Shown here in pieces: positions 1 through 12,704 of a DNA stretch of 64,000 nt. The notes under the pieces are model-generated. The model was given only the letters and a program-made list of their open reading frames with translations, had not been told where the DNA came from and did no database searches. The DNA comes from Magallana gigas (lineage: Eukaryota). Every line of letters begins with the position of its first letter. Positions within the stretch are counted from its first letter, which is position 1. Both the position numbers and the translations under genes were made by a program. The stretch spans positions 2,976,001 to 3,040,000 of the forward strand of contig NC_088858.1 of NCBI RefSeq assembly GCF_963853765.1. Reading direction: 5' to 3'.

Positions 1-537
1 ATTTTACTTGATTCTCTTTATTTTGATAGGAAGTACGTCACAATATGGAGGTGTCCCATATACCTTAATGTATCTAGAGAATCGGTCTACCACGGACTAA
101 TCATGTTGTTTCGTCAAAAATACCAAAAATACCAGTGATTGCAGTTAGAATTATCCAACAGGGAAGGGGTTAGTGGACCCCCCCCCACCACACACACACA
201 CACACAGAGGTCTGCGCATTACAGCATTGTCAATGATTTTTTAGACCTCATAACAAAATATTTTGTTCTGTACTGTTACTCCGTGCTTTTAAAGAATAAT
301 GATGAATGTGTAGGCCTTATTGCAACCAACTCAGCCCTGGGCTGTGTGTCGCAATGGACAAGAAAATCACCATGTATCATTGTATATTTAAAAAATATAT
401 GCTCATAAATTTACTGTTTGTTCACGAAGAAAAAGATTGGGATTTCTTTGATTTTGAATTTAATTTGATTACCTTGCTAAAACGAAGGTTAACCATATGT
501 GAATGGGGAAAGCCAACGGGATTTTTGCACCTTTTAA

Positions 538-1030
538 AGGGGCATGGTCACGATTTTAGTAAAAAATTATTTTTCAGATTTTAATATTTACCATGCTTCA
601 GAAAGGTATTTTTAATAGACAACCGAAATTTGAGCGTCATTTGTTGAGTTATAAGCGAGTTACAGAGCTTGAAATTCTTCACTATGTAAACAAAGCGTTT
701 GTTTATATTTCGAACGTTGAAGTAAAAATTTTAGTTTTAAACCTAAAACGAATGTGTTAAACGTTGGGAACTGTTTATCTATGATTAAAATAAATAAAAC
801 GATAGACAAATAAGCTGGAAAAAGATTTTTTACTTGTATATTGAACCCATGTAAACAAAAACAGGGCACGAGCCTTGTTTACATGACAAAGAATTGTGAG
901 CCCTGTATCTTGCTTATAACTCTACGAATGACTCTTAAATTTTATATGATAATTAGAAATGCATTTCCAAAGCATTGTAAATAATAAAAACATAAAAATA
1001 GAATTTGACCAAAATCGTGACCATGCCCCT
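538..1030. mobile_element. Non-autonomous TTAA-specific DNA transposon (MITE, Kolobok-like)
   Basis: Perfect 20-bp TIRs AGGGGCATGGTCACGATTTT (538-557) and AAAATCGTGACCATGCCCCT (1011-1030), with TTAA on both sides (534-537, 1031-1034). No ORF. A purine-purine TIR start with a TTAA TSD fits Kolobok better than piggyBac. Confidence 0.8.
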
Positions 1031-1333
1031 TTAACTAGTGGCCAACTGAAGGAGAAAAATGTAACTTAATATGCGGGTGCTTTTGAATTATCTTTTGAAT
1101 GATTTTATTATTTATTTAGCTAGGGATTACGTCATAATATGGAGGTGTCTCATACTACCTTAACTGCATGCAGAAATGAAACACAAATTCTTCATTTCTT
1201 TTGTCAATGAACGGCAGGGTAAAGGTGCGCATATTTCACGTAATCCTTTAGAAGACTTACTCTACATAATTTATTGGTCAAACTTTTCATACACATTTGT
1301 AAACATTCACACATATACACTAGAATAAAATCT

Positions 1334-4326
1334 TCATATCAATTTAACCATTTGTAGAGTTTTTAACCACAGCTGTTTGCAAGCTTCATCATCCAAAAAC
1401 TGCTCTGATTTTACTTCTTTTTCTTCAAAATCACTGAAACAAAGAAAATAATTCCTATGAAAATGTTTATGAAGATTTAATATGAAACATGTGCTAGCTG
1501 ATGACTAAATCATGTATATGAGTGCGAGTTTCCAGTCCAGCATCAAGGGCCCTGGGTTTGAGTCTCAGAGGACTCTTGATTGATCAGTACTGTACAAATT
1601 TGTAACAAACTGTGACAGGGAAATATTTGCCCCCGTTTTATTTTTCGCCTTATACCTTGCTGTCAATTTTTAAATAACTGTGTTAGTTAGAAAGAGTATC
1701 TATCTCCAACTGTCTCTAGGGGAATTCAAGATTGAGGGAAACCGTTTGCAAGTGTAAAAGGGCACAAAAAACAATGAGGTGAAAAAATACCCTGTATACA
1801 TTATGGTACCTAGTGCTCACAATGCTGGTATAATACACAAGAGGTACCGGGTTCATGTCCCAGCACAGAATGGATTTTTAAACTTGCTGATTAGCTGGGT
1901 TCTTTTTATCGATCGATAATATAAAATTTTTAAACATAAGCAGAATTTCATGCTCACCTGAAATATTTGCCTGAAATGTTTTCCACTTCTGGACTTACAG
2001 CAAGGTAGATTGACGTTTGGGCTCCTCGGAATGGTTGGCGGAGGAAGTAGTACCTCATGGGGAAAGTCAGAATTCTTAAGCTGTTCCACCGGAGGTGTCG
2101 GTTAATTTCGGTGTCAGTCATACCGGGGTGAAGAGCATTGACGGTTACCTTAGTACCTAGAACAAAGTCTCTGTGTCTTATCAAGATGCTATTCTTAGAA
2201 TTCAGGTGTTAACCCAAATTAACTTCAAAAAATTTATCTTAATTGAGATCCATGAATTAAAGCATCTTTGCTAGCCAAGGGTTTTCGGTCCACTCGGCTA
2301 GCAAAGATGGAATTATGGCTACCGGTAAATGTCTTATTTGTAACTCTTATCTTACACTGAAGTTGTGTTTTGATATATACGGTATGTAGATGATTTTTTT
2401 CAATTATTTCCCTAAAGTTTCAATCTGTCCAGTCAAATTCCAAAAATGAAATCACTGAAATATGATTTTTTATTAGTATTTCAAACTCCCAAAATGTATT
2501 GCTGGAGTTCAGTATCTAAAACATCATATATGTCAATGCATGTGTGTAGATGCACAAGGAGAAGCTTGTCCAGTTAGTCAGAAAGCATTCAGAAAACATT
2601 TTAAGCTTGAAATTTACAAGGAACATAACTCAAATTCCACCTCGTTTACTCTGTAAATCACCATTTAAAATCAAATGCTTGGTGATGCTCTTGATACATT
2701 TTTATATTTAACTCAGAGACCATATTCTGTTCAGTGTTTTGTCTCTATATGCGTGAATACCTTGTAGATGTTTGGCCAGCTCTTTTGTAAACATCAAGAT
2801 GGCCAACTTGCTCTGGTTGTAGGCGAGAGTCATGTGATAACCTTTCTCTGCATTCAGGTCGCTGAAGTTGATTTGTCCCGCTGCATGGACTACACTGGTG
2901 ACATTGATGATTCGACTCGGGGCGGACTTAATCATCAGATCCAGCAGGGACATGGTCAGTAAAACCGGACCTGAAACAGCCATCAAAGTTCAAAGGTCAC
3001 TGTGGGCTTTTTTTTAACTTGGCCACAACTGTCATTGGTATCTTCATAGTGGAAGATTCATGTAATGTATTACTAGTATAAACCAACTTTATTTTGTGTA
3101 CAAGAAATTTTCAAAAGGTTTTCGCAAGCCTCATTATCGCAAATGTTTCTTGCTATGAGCCAGTCTTCTAATAGTATACTATTTCTCTAATCTAATACTA
3201 TTATTTTTACTGGGTAATCTACATCTTAATCATGAATTTTAGTCATTGCAAATCAGGTTATCTCTGATAAATTGCGTAATAAGAATAAAAGTTGGTTCCC
3301 AACAAGTATGAACACCTGTACGCCAGAGATGAGAAAGGGTCATTACCAAGATAGTTCACTTGAAACTGGTTTTCAAATCCATCCTCTGTCACCTGATAGG
3401 GACAATGCATCACACCTGCATTGTTGACCAAGATGTCAAGAAACTTGACTTCTAGAAAAAACAGATTCAGATGAACACAAAATTTCAGTAACTGTTTATG
3501 AGTTGCTGGCATAATCGACAATTTTTTCTATAATTCTTGAAATTCCAATGGAGTTGTTTTTATAGAGTTCTGTAATCATTAACTGCTAATCTTAATCATA
3601 AACTAGATATTAGTCATACCAGGTGATTAAAAGTCAGCTAGCGATTAGTAGTTTAGTGGTCAATTTGATAAGCTCTCTAGATATTTCTGTACAAAATGTG
3701 GGTCTGAAATTTATAGTATCCCCAGTACCACATGTTTATTTGAGGGTTGTGGAGGTTCATTTCACCTCATTAGGAATATGATATAAAATCAAGTGATAGG
3801 ATATCTTTTAGTGAGCTGCAGTGAGACAATGTGGCACCTTTCTGTACATCAGCTGTGAACTCCTTGATGGATTTAAAGCTTGCCAGGTCCAGCTTCTTGC
3901 AGAGGACCTTGTGATTGTGGGTCTCATCCACTATCTCTTTCTGAGCGGCAGCACATTTCTCTAAATCCCTGCACGCCATGATAACCCGGGCTCCTAAAGT
4001 GGTTTATTTACAATTTTAATCAGACATTAAAGATAATCTCTGTACATGTATCTAGATTTTTTTTTTAAATGTCTTTTTAAAGTGGATGATCTGATCTCTC
4101 TCTTTAATGCAATAAACCTCTGTGTGCAAAGTCTCTGGCTGTTTCCTTTCCAAGTCCGGAGTTTGCCCCAGTTACAATGGCGGTTTTCCCCATCAACAGT
4201 TCCTCCCCTTTGTAGATTGGGCCAGACCTGTACTCCCTAAAATAAAGAAAGTGCGTCAAACCAAAAAAAGGATACTCCTCACTTGAAAAGTAAGTTTACA
4301 CGTGAATGGACTTCTCTGCATTACCG

Positions 4327-4362
<36 letters not shown>

Positions 4363-4465
4363 CGACCCCCCCTGGAAAATGAAAATTTATTAAATTTACA
4401 TAGTAAAATTATCGCGAAAATATGCCTCGGACCCCCCCCCAGGCAAACACAATTATCCTTCGGAC

Positions 4466-4496
<31 letters not shown>

Positions 4497-5032
4497 ATGA
4501 CCGGTACATCAAATTTAATACACAGATGGGATTTGCATCAAAACTGAGCAAGTATTACTCTGCATAAAATACTGTTTAAAGTCAAACCATCATTTATGAG
4601 AACAAAGTATCCTTTTTTCTAAGTTTTAACTCCTTATTCATATACTTGCGAAAATTGGTATCTACTGAATTGATTGAATGGAAAAAAGTACTACATGTAC
4701 TGGTATAGAAGTTGTTAAAAATAAAGATTGTGTCTATTAGTTCTAATTAAAACGCGAGGATTTACTCGGGATTTGATACAAAACAGCAGGTTGCGGAATT
4801 AAGTACTCGCATAATATAAGGAATTTACAGTATTCACAAGTGTGTCAGTTATTAAACAATATTACTTTTACTTACCGGTAAATGAATTGCTTTATATCTA
4901 TAATGCTGAAACACTCGTTTATTAATTCTGAAATGCTGAATTTTAGTTGGCAAGAACTTACTTGAACAAAATGGATCCCAAGGCAATAGTTCCCAGTAAA
5001 CTGCCATGGTATACCCAAGGTGGAAATGACAT
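1334..5032 (-). CDS. Retinol dehydrogenase 11/12/13-like short-chain dehydrogenase/reductase (RDH-a), 7 exons, 319 aa
   Basis: Exons 5032-4962, 4236-4118, 3993-3838, 3451-3347, 2970-2761, 2156-1958, 1433-1334. All introns GT-AG with consistent phases; 960 nt. Motifs: N-terminal hydrophobic anchor, [21 protein letters not shown] (catalytic Ser), YNQSK (YxxxK), NALHPG, GKYF. Confidence 0.93.
4328..4499. mobile_element. Short MITE with G/C-tract interior in RDH-a intron 1
   Basis: 16-bp TIRs CATGCGCGGATCTAGA and TCTGGATCCGCGCATG (1 mismatch), flanked by the 5-bp direct repeat ACCGG. Confidence 0.7.
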
Positions 5033-5529
5033 GTTTGTGGTTATTACTGTTCCCTTGGCAAACTTCTTATTTCTTTCTACAAAATTAAAACACATGTAAC
5101 CCCAAATAATCAACAAGTAATGTTCGGGCACCTTTTTTTGTAGGTGATATTGCCTTTTACGAAGAAGAAATATTTCAGGGTTCAAACAATATTTATTTAC
5201 ATATCAGAATGAAAATTTGTTTACAGGTTTTTGTATATGAATTTCCTCTCTCTATCTTTCTCTCTCTCTCTCTCTCTCTGACTTGTTCGGCTGAAAAAGC
5301 GGCTGTTAAATAAAATTCTATGGAGATTTGTATTGCAAATGATTTTTTCTTTCCTGTGAAATTCTATGAGTAAAAAAAAGATGTTTTAATGAAGGATTTC
5401 AATTGTATTTCTTTTAGCTGTGTACGTTTCTATAACATTGTCAAAATGTGATGAAGACAGTAACCTGGGGCAGACTATATAGTCTATAGCATATCAAGGC
5501 CGGGCTTGAACAAATTTAATAAGCAATAA

Positions 5530-7770
5530 GACGGTACATAGAATTACCCATATACCCGCGATTTACCGAAATACCCGGTGAATACACTGAAATACCCTTC
5601 AAATTTTGGACACCAAAATGCCCATTGATACGCCATAAAGAGTGTATGTATAGTATTTTATATAGATAGTTTTTGAATATAAAGTTAATTTTTTAAATAA
5701 ATCAGCCGATTTTCGTGGTTATTGATTAAAATGCAATTCTTCCAAGAAAGATAACTCTTTCATCAAATTTAGTTTTTAACGTGTTGATAAAAACCCAATG
5801 TAACTAAATCTTTTTATTAATTAATAACCATAATTATATTCATTTTAAATAATTCATTTAAACTGGACATAAATGTTTTCATCTCAAAATTAGTAAACAG
5901 GATATTGCCCTGTGACCAATTATCTACTCACAATAGAAAGGAGCAATTCTGGTAGAAAAAGGAATATTTATAAAATAGTATTATCATGTCAAATTATTAT
6001 ATGATATTAAAAACGAAAAGCTGAAAAGCTGATAAACTGTTATTTTTAATTCTTAGTTATTTTATTCTGGGAATAAAATTTCACACCTCTATTTGAGTGA
6101 AAAGCAATTCATGCAAGAGTTATCGTTCTTAACCCAATGTCTACACATGTTAAAAATCGCTATTTATGTCAAAATACTTACCGGGTACATCATCAAACTG
6201 AAAATTGGGGAAATACATCTAAACACTTAGATTCAAACTATGATGTTAAATATTTGTGCTCAAATGAGGCATTTCGGTGTTTTTGAAGGGCATCTGGTAA
6301 ATCACGGGTATTTCGGTAATTCTAGTTACCCGCAATAAGATTAGAGTCCAAACAAAACAATTTATGATGCCAGAGATGATTAAAAGGGCATCTACTGATC
6401 TAGCCCCGTTTATATTGGCTTCGCCCTCCAAACGGTTACACCGTAAAACATATTACAAATATTGACTGGGGTTGAGGGCAACATTGATTATATAAGCCCC
6501 GAGGGACGAAATATTGCCCGACGCAAAGCGGAGGGCAAAATATTCGTCCCAAGGAGGCTAATGTGTAAATGAAATTATCTTGGAAACTTTCTCTTTTATC
6601 TATTTCAATTGTACTTCTTTAATAGGTATGTGTATTAAAAATCGCCCAAACGTGCTGCAGAAAGATCTTGGGACAGACTACAGTCCGAAATTTCCTGGCT
6701 TTTGGGACGAATTCTTACTGTGACCTGAGCGTAGCTTGCGATATTATTCTTTCTATATTAAAATAAACACTCACAGCTGCCAGGGCCCTGCAGGGTACAC
6801 TGAACTACACTACATTTTGGAGAGTTTCTCTACTAAACATTGAAAATTACATTGAAAGTCACGTTATGAAATCAATCGGAAATGTTCAAACGTTGTCTAA
6901 TTTTAGAGTAGAAAACGGTTGAAATAGATTTTCCGGATGAAAGATTTGGTTTTAATTTTAGTTAACGATAGATCATTTCCTAATATCTAACTTCACGCTA
7001 GATTCAACATTCAACATTCTTGCACCTGTAGTTCATTTGTTGTAGACTTCCAGACTGATATAAAATGCCAGGGTTACCTCCAAATATGCCAAACCCCGAG
7101 GCCATCTTTGAGTCCTGGTGGCCAATTATCATAGGAATCATAGGCGGGGTGGGGTACGCACTCAGGTGAGAAGTTACCCGGTTTGTTGAGTTGTAACAGG
7201 TTGGGATCAATCTCCCAAATAGGATATAATAGCCAGTTTGGGATACAATAGCCCGTTTGGGATATAAATTTAAAGTGCAAAAAATAGTTTTTTTTTATTC
7301 TAAAATTTTTGAAATAAATCCGCATTAATGTGAATCAAATGCAACAACTTTTGGTTAAGAAGTTTTTCTATATGTCTATAGTTTGTAAGATTGATCCCCA
7401 AGAAGTTTTGGATACACTGAGCGATCAATCTCCGTAATAGTACGGTTACAGAAAAAGTTGTTTTCCAAAAGTTGTTGTATTTCATCTATTCTAATGCGGA
7501 TTTATATAAAAAATTTCATAATAAATTTTTTTTATTTTTTGCACTTTAAATTTATATCCCATTTGGGTTATTATATCCCAAACCGGCTATTATATCCCAT
7601 TTGGGAAATTGGTCCCAACCTGTTGTAACTCCATTGGGAATTAGGGGAATAAACTTGCCGTTAAATTCTCAAAAAGAGATTAAATTTTAACAACTCAATA
7701 CTTAAAATAATTTTCTTTCATCAAATAATGCTTTCTAACGTTTATTATATGTTTTACGGTGTTACCGTTG
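5530..7770. repeat. Cluster of nested inverted repeats / transposon remnants between the two RDH genes
   Basis: TTACCGAAATACCC (about 5564) is inverted at about 6306. AACGGTTACACCGTAAAACATAT (about 6431) is inverted at about 7748 with 1 mismatch. GC-rich hairpin at about 6490-6540. Confidence 0.55.
7188..7631. mobile_element. Fold-back MITE-like element with about 140-bp inverted arms
   Basis: 7188-7328 is the approximate reverse complement of 7492-7631 (GAGTTGTAACAGGTTGGGA...TAAATCCGCATTA vs TAATGCGGATTTA...TCCCAACCTGTTGTAACTC). No clear TSD. Confidence 0.6.
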
Positions 7771-8620
7771 GCTGAACGCAGCATTAATTTTATTGAAAAT
7801 TCACACGGGTACATGATAATAAATTAAAGCATGGTTTACCAAATTGATGCACCAACGTGATTAAAAATAAAGTCTTTACGCTCCAGTATACATGTATAAG
7901 CATTTATGTTTTACGAAGTGGCGATCTTGAGGAAGAACCCAGTAACAACAATCACAATTTCACAATCAGATTCATTTGAAATATGCACAGTTGGATCCGC
8001 CTATCTCAGTCTTTATTTATGCTAAAGGTCGCATGCTCAGTCGAGACATTGTGACGTTTCGTTGGTAGAGCAGACATTGCTCGACAATCTCTGTCAAAGT
8101 AACAATGCTCTGAACAATTTGCCACGAAAATAGTGTTAAACAACCAGTTGCAAATCATTTTTTAGATCAGCAAATGTTTTATTCATCTTATAAATGCATG
8201 GCATCCTTAAAATACATTTTAAACTCTTCTCGCGAGAACCTGATATTTGTAGCCATTTGCAGTTTACACGGAATTGGGGGTACAAATCTGACAATAGAAT
8301 TTTCAGTAGCTGCATTGAGAGTTGTACCATTGGTGAAAATGAAATTTACCTCAATTCTTTAATAACTGGCTGTAAAATATAATTAAGGATGTCAAAATTG
8401 TTGTAAGTAAAAGGTTTTAAATATATAATTATTTTTCATTATAAAGATCAATCCATGAAACTGAAAATATTTACGTCTTTGTTGTAAGTTCTTTTGTAAA
8501 TAGCAGTCCTGTACTGTGTTTCATAATTTGTTGAAAATATATGTAGTTGAGGTAGGTGAGGGAGACCCAGGAAATAATGATGCCAATGGAAACAATATTT
8601 CATATCATTAATTTTTTCAG

Positions 8621-11600
8621 GCAGTACATGAGAGGTGCTCGATGTATCAGTGAACTGAAGCTTGAAGACAAGGTTGCCATAGTAACAGGTGGAGGTTCAG
8701 GGATTGGTAAACAACTTGTCATTGACCTAGCCAAGAGAGGTAACTAAAGAGACAGTATGTGTCTCCAGGAAGCTGATATTTATAACTGGTTCATATAGCA
8801 TACAGCTTCAAACATTTTCAACTTTCACTCATTATAGAGGGATATTTTAATAGTAATTGTAGTTTGGATAGGTGTATTCACAATCTTTATTAAATTTTAC
8901 TGATTAAGCAAACTGATTTTTTTAATAATTTTGTCAAAGAAATCACAGACGACATTAACGAGGCCGGGTCTAATTTTTTCTGTCCTAGATTTTTGAATAA
9001 AATTTTTTACATGAATTTCTACTGATATAATTATTATTTTAAGATAAAAAAAATAAGACATTTACCACACCGTTTGTTTAAGGGGTCATCTCAAAGTTTG
9101 TTAATTTTTAACATAGGACCCTATGGGATTTTGCTTGAAATGTATCAATTTTGCACATTTTTTACAATTTTCTTAAACTTCTGCCCTAGGGATTTCTTTT
9201 TCTATTCTACATATTAAAGTTATTGCTAAAAGGCATCAAATGGTCAAATAAAAAAAATCTTTTACCTCCTGTTTGTTCTAGGGGTCTTATCAAAGTTGTT
9301 TTTCGTAAGCCCAATTTCCCAGTTTGTCAGATAATGGCTATTTTTTATTTGACAAAGACGAAAATGGTGATCTTTATAATATTATTAAAACATTCAGACA
9401 TATTTTAGTAATAAATAAATATATAACATCACAGGTTAAAGGTCATTAATATAAAATACATGGTTACTGTTTTGATATATATGAATTAAGCGATATTTAG
9501 GCGGGTTAAGAAAACGTGACAGAGGGCTCGGCTTGCTGAACCCTCTTCACGTTTTCAACCCGAGCCCAAATATAGCTTATTCTTCGAGACATTTATGTTT
9601 ATTCCACAATATAATATCAATTTTACGCATCAAACAAGCTATTTTCAACAAATTTCGCTGAATATATGCAGTTGAAACTATCACGCCATGGCGTCAACAA
9701 AGCAAAAAGATGACGTCACAATACAAATGAAACGCTGCGCAAAAGCGTGCGTACTCGTTCTGTACTCGGCCTCATTAATTGCATCTGCCATGCTTGAGAG
9801 TTCAAGAACTTACTAATCTACCAAAGGGTGACCCCCTGTGAGACAAACTTGGAATAGGAAGCTTTGGAGTGTCCATTTTATTTTAGGCTGTAAAGTTTAT
9901 ACAACTGCAAGAAATCAGGAGCAGGCAAAGGCTACAGAACAAGATATACGACAGAGCAGCAAGAGTGAACTGGTGCACTGTCTTGTGTGTGAGCTAGACA
10001 AATTTTCATCAGTTAAAAGTTTTGTTGCAGCCTTCAAGAAAAGTAAGTTGTATAACATATTCCATAATGATCTAAGCATATAATACCAATAGTTTCTGTG
10101 AAGGCATTTTTTTAAACATTATTTTCTCTATTATAACTTTCCCAAGAATTTTTTTTAAAGATTTCATCACACCTTTCAGTTTAAAAAGTGGTCTTGAAAA
10201 AACATTTAAGAGTGGTTGCTTGACTGTAACATCAGCCTACTCCTAGTAAATGAATTTTCAAATACATGTATAACAGATATTCATAGTTTTATGAATGAAT
10301 CACATTTGTGGCCTTTGAGTACATACAGCCATCAGCCCTAGACATCACCTATTAGACGTTTCCAGTTTATATTGATTTTGTTGACTGATGATTACAGAAG
10401 AGGAACAGCTCCACTATCTAGTGCACAATGCTGGGGTGATGATGTGTGACTTTAATAAAACAGAGGACGGCCATGAAGAACAGTTCCAAGTCAACTACCT
10501 GTGTAAGCCCCACTTCTTATTGTAACAGTTCCATGTCAACTACCTGTGTAAGCCCCACTTCTTATTGTAACAGTTCCATGTCAACTACCTGTGTAAGCCC
10601 CACTTCTTATTGTAACAGTTCCATGTCAACTACCTGTGTAAGCCCCACTTCTTATTGTAACAGTTCCATGTCAACTACCTGTGTAAGCCCCACTTCTTAT
10701 TGTAACAGTTCCAAGTCAACTAGTGTAAGCCCCACTTCTTATTGTAACAGTTCCATGTCAACTACCTGTGTAAGCCCCACTTCTTATTGTAACAGTTCCA
10801 TGTCAACTACCTGTGTAAGCCCCACTTCTTATTGTAACAGTTCCAAGTCAACTAGTGTAAGCCCCACTTCTTATTGTAACAGTTCCATGTCAACTACCTG
10901 TGTAAGCCCCACTTCTTATTGTAACAGTTCCAAGTCAACTAGTGTAAGCCCCACTTCTTATTGTAACAGTTCCATGTCAACTACCTGTGTAAGCCCCACT
11001 TCTTATTGTAACAGTTCGAGGTCAACTATCTATTTAAGCCCCACTTCTTATTGTAACAGTTCCACATCAACTACCTGTGTAAGCCCCTCTTTTTATTGTA
11101 AGACACAGAGAAAATAAAAACATGCAGTTTATATGAACCAAAGAACTGTGTATTTGGGCATGTATTAAAACAAAGATATAATACATGTATTTGATTTAAT
11201 CTTTAAAAATAATTTGTATTTGAGCAATGCTGCATGTACCATACTAAAACAAAGATGAATTCATGCATTTGATTTGATCTGTAGAGCTCTGTATTTGAGC
11301 ATATATTTTAAGTGCAACTACCTTTAGTATGTTAACATGGTGATTTCAATCACTGTTAGGTTTTATTAGTGAACATGTTAAAGTCTAAGATTTTCATGAA
11401 ATGGTCATCTGTTTAATATTTTTTTGTCTCAATGAGTTAGCTCCCTTTCTGATGACAAGCCTGCTACAGGATTACCTGAAGAATTCCACTCCTAGCCGCG
11501 TTCTTCTGGCAACAGCCCCAGCCTATAAGTTGGGATCGTCAACATTCACTGACTGTCCACCTGAGGACAAATACAACACCGGGGATGCATACGCCCAGAG

Positions 11601-12498
11601 CAAGTTGGCACTAGTCCTTTTTGGGGTCACTCTGGCTGAAAAACTCAAAGGTACTTGTACGAAGCTAGTTTACCCCATGGTTGTCTGGTGATAAACTTTG
11701 AATGCTTTGAAAATAAAAAGAATGAAGTTTATTAGTTAACTACATATATGTGTCAAAGCACATTTTACCTAACAATATGACCGTATAGTTACATGCATTT
11801 GATGATGTTTTAATGTTTATATATTCACAACTTTTGTAAATGATGCAACTTACTGATGAGATATTTGATCTCTAACACAGAGTTAATTGGTATATCATCC
11901 ACATGTTCCCTTTGTAGATGTTTTGTTTATAACCTGACATTCCATATGTTCATGGTGTCATTGCGTTCCCTTTGTAGATGCTGATGTTCATGTCCACTGT
12001 GTTCTACCAGGCGTTGTAAACACCAAGATTTATCGACATCTCCCATTTAGAAAAAGTGCCTTTGTTGCCGTTTCATTTGCTCCTTTTTTTTGGTTCCTGA
12101 CGAAAACTCCAGATGATGGGGCACAAACCACCCTCTATGCTTTACTGGGAGTATCAGCTGGAAAAACTACTGGAAAAATCTACAAGTAAGCTACTGGCAA
12201 TAAATGAAACTGGGTACAAGATACAATATCTGCAGTTTCGGATCCAAAACTTCTGTAGAAAAGTTTATCATTTTGATTACTGTTATTATTTTCACCTGTA
12301 TACATACATGTAGTTGAGCACTTGTGCAAGTTGTGTTGGTATAGAAGATAGATTATCTCCAAATTCATACTATCTGCAATTCTTCACAGGGAATGTGCTG
12401 AGACTGAGTATGCAGACATTGTGAAGGATGAGGAGTTACAGAAATCTCTATGGAAACAGACTCTGGAGTGGACCAAAGTAAAGGAGTTCGGGCAGTAA
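8621..12498 (+). CDS. Retinol dehydrogenase 11/12/13-like SDR (RDH-b); N-terminus uncertain, at least 299 aa
   Basis: Exons 8621-8739, 9887-10042, 10398-10502, 11441-11650, 11978-12185, 12390-12498 (TAA). All GT-AG and phase-consistent. Motifs TGGGSGIG, LVHNAG, FQVNYL, YAQSK, VLPGVVNT, GAQTT. In-frame ATGs at 8628 and 8577; first exon unresolved. Confidence 0.88.
8954..9779. mobile_element. Possible degenerate TIR element in an RDH-b intron
   Basis: ATTAACGAGGCCGGGTC (8954-8970) matches the reverse complement of 9763-9779 at 14/17 bases. Long internal palindrome at about 9493-9573. Confidence 0.35.
10479..11100 (+). repeat. 45-bp minisatellite (14 copies, three 42-bp variants) built from the RDH-b exon end plus 5' splice site
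   Basis: Unit AACAGTTCCATGTCAACTACCTGT|GTAAGCCCCACTTCTTATTGT. The first copy is the real exon end and donor at 10502/10503. Confidence 0.95.
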
Positions 12499-12698
12499 CC
12501 GTTCAATTCTCACCAAGCTGTTACATTTCCACAGAGTTCTGCCAGGCAGACTCCGACTCACACACTGTAGACGATGATCTGTAGATTTATAACTAGCATA
12601 ATAACCGACCTGTATATGATATTCATGTAACACAGAGTAATTGTTTAAGATCGTTTGATCAGTATGTGCTTCCAAAGACTATATACTAGTGTAGCATT

Positions 12699-12704
12699 AA
12701 TAAA
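12699..12704 (+). promoter_or_regulatory. Candidate polyadenylation signal of RDH-b
   Basis: AATAAA about 200 nt after the stop codon, followed by a T/GT-rich stretch. Confidence 0.4.

Noticed and set aside
10503-10523. Intron start reads H-F-L-L in frame, like the canonical RDH motif NYLGHFLL
   Set aside because: The last copy reads CCCCTCTTTTTATTG, a plain pyrimidine tract. The real next exon (11441) supplies SPFLMT, so this is most likely coincidence.
10446-11117. 223-aa Ser/Thr/Cys-rich repeat ORF
   Set aside because: It is an off-frame translation of the 45/42-bp intronic array. Unit lengths divisible by 3 keep it open, and it overlaps RDH-b in another frame.
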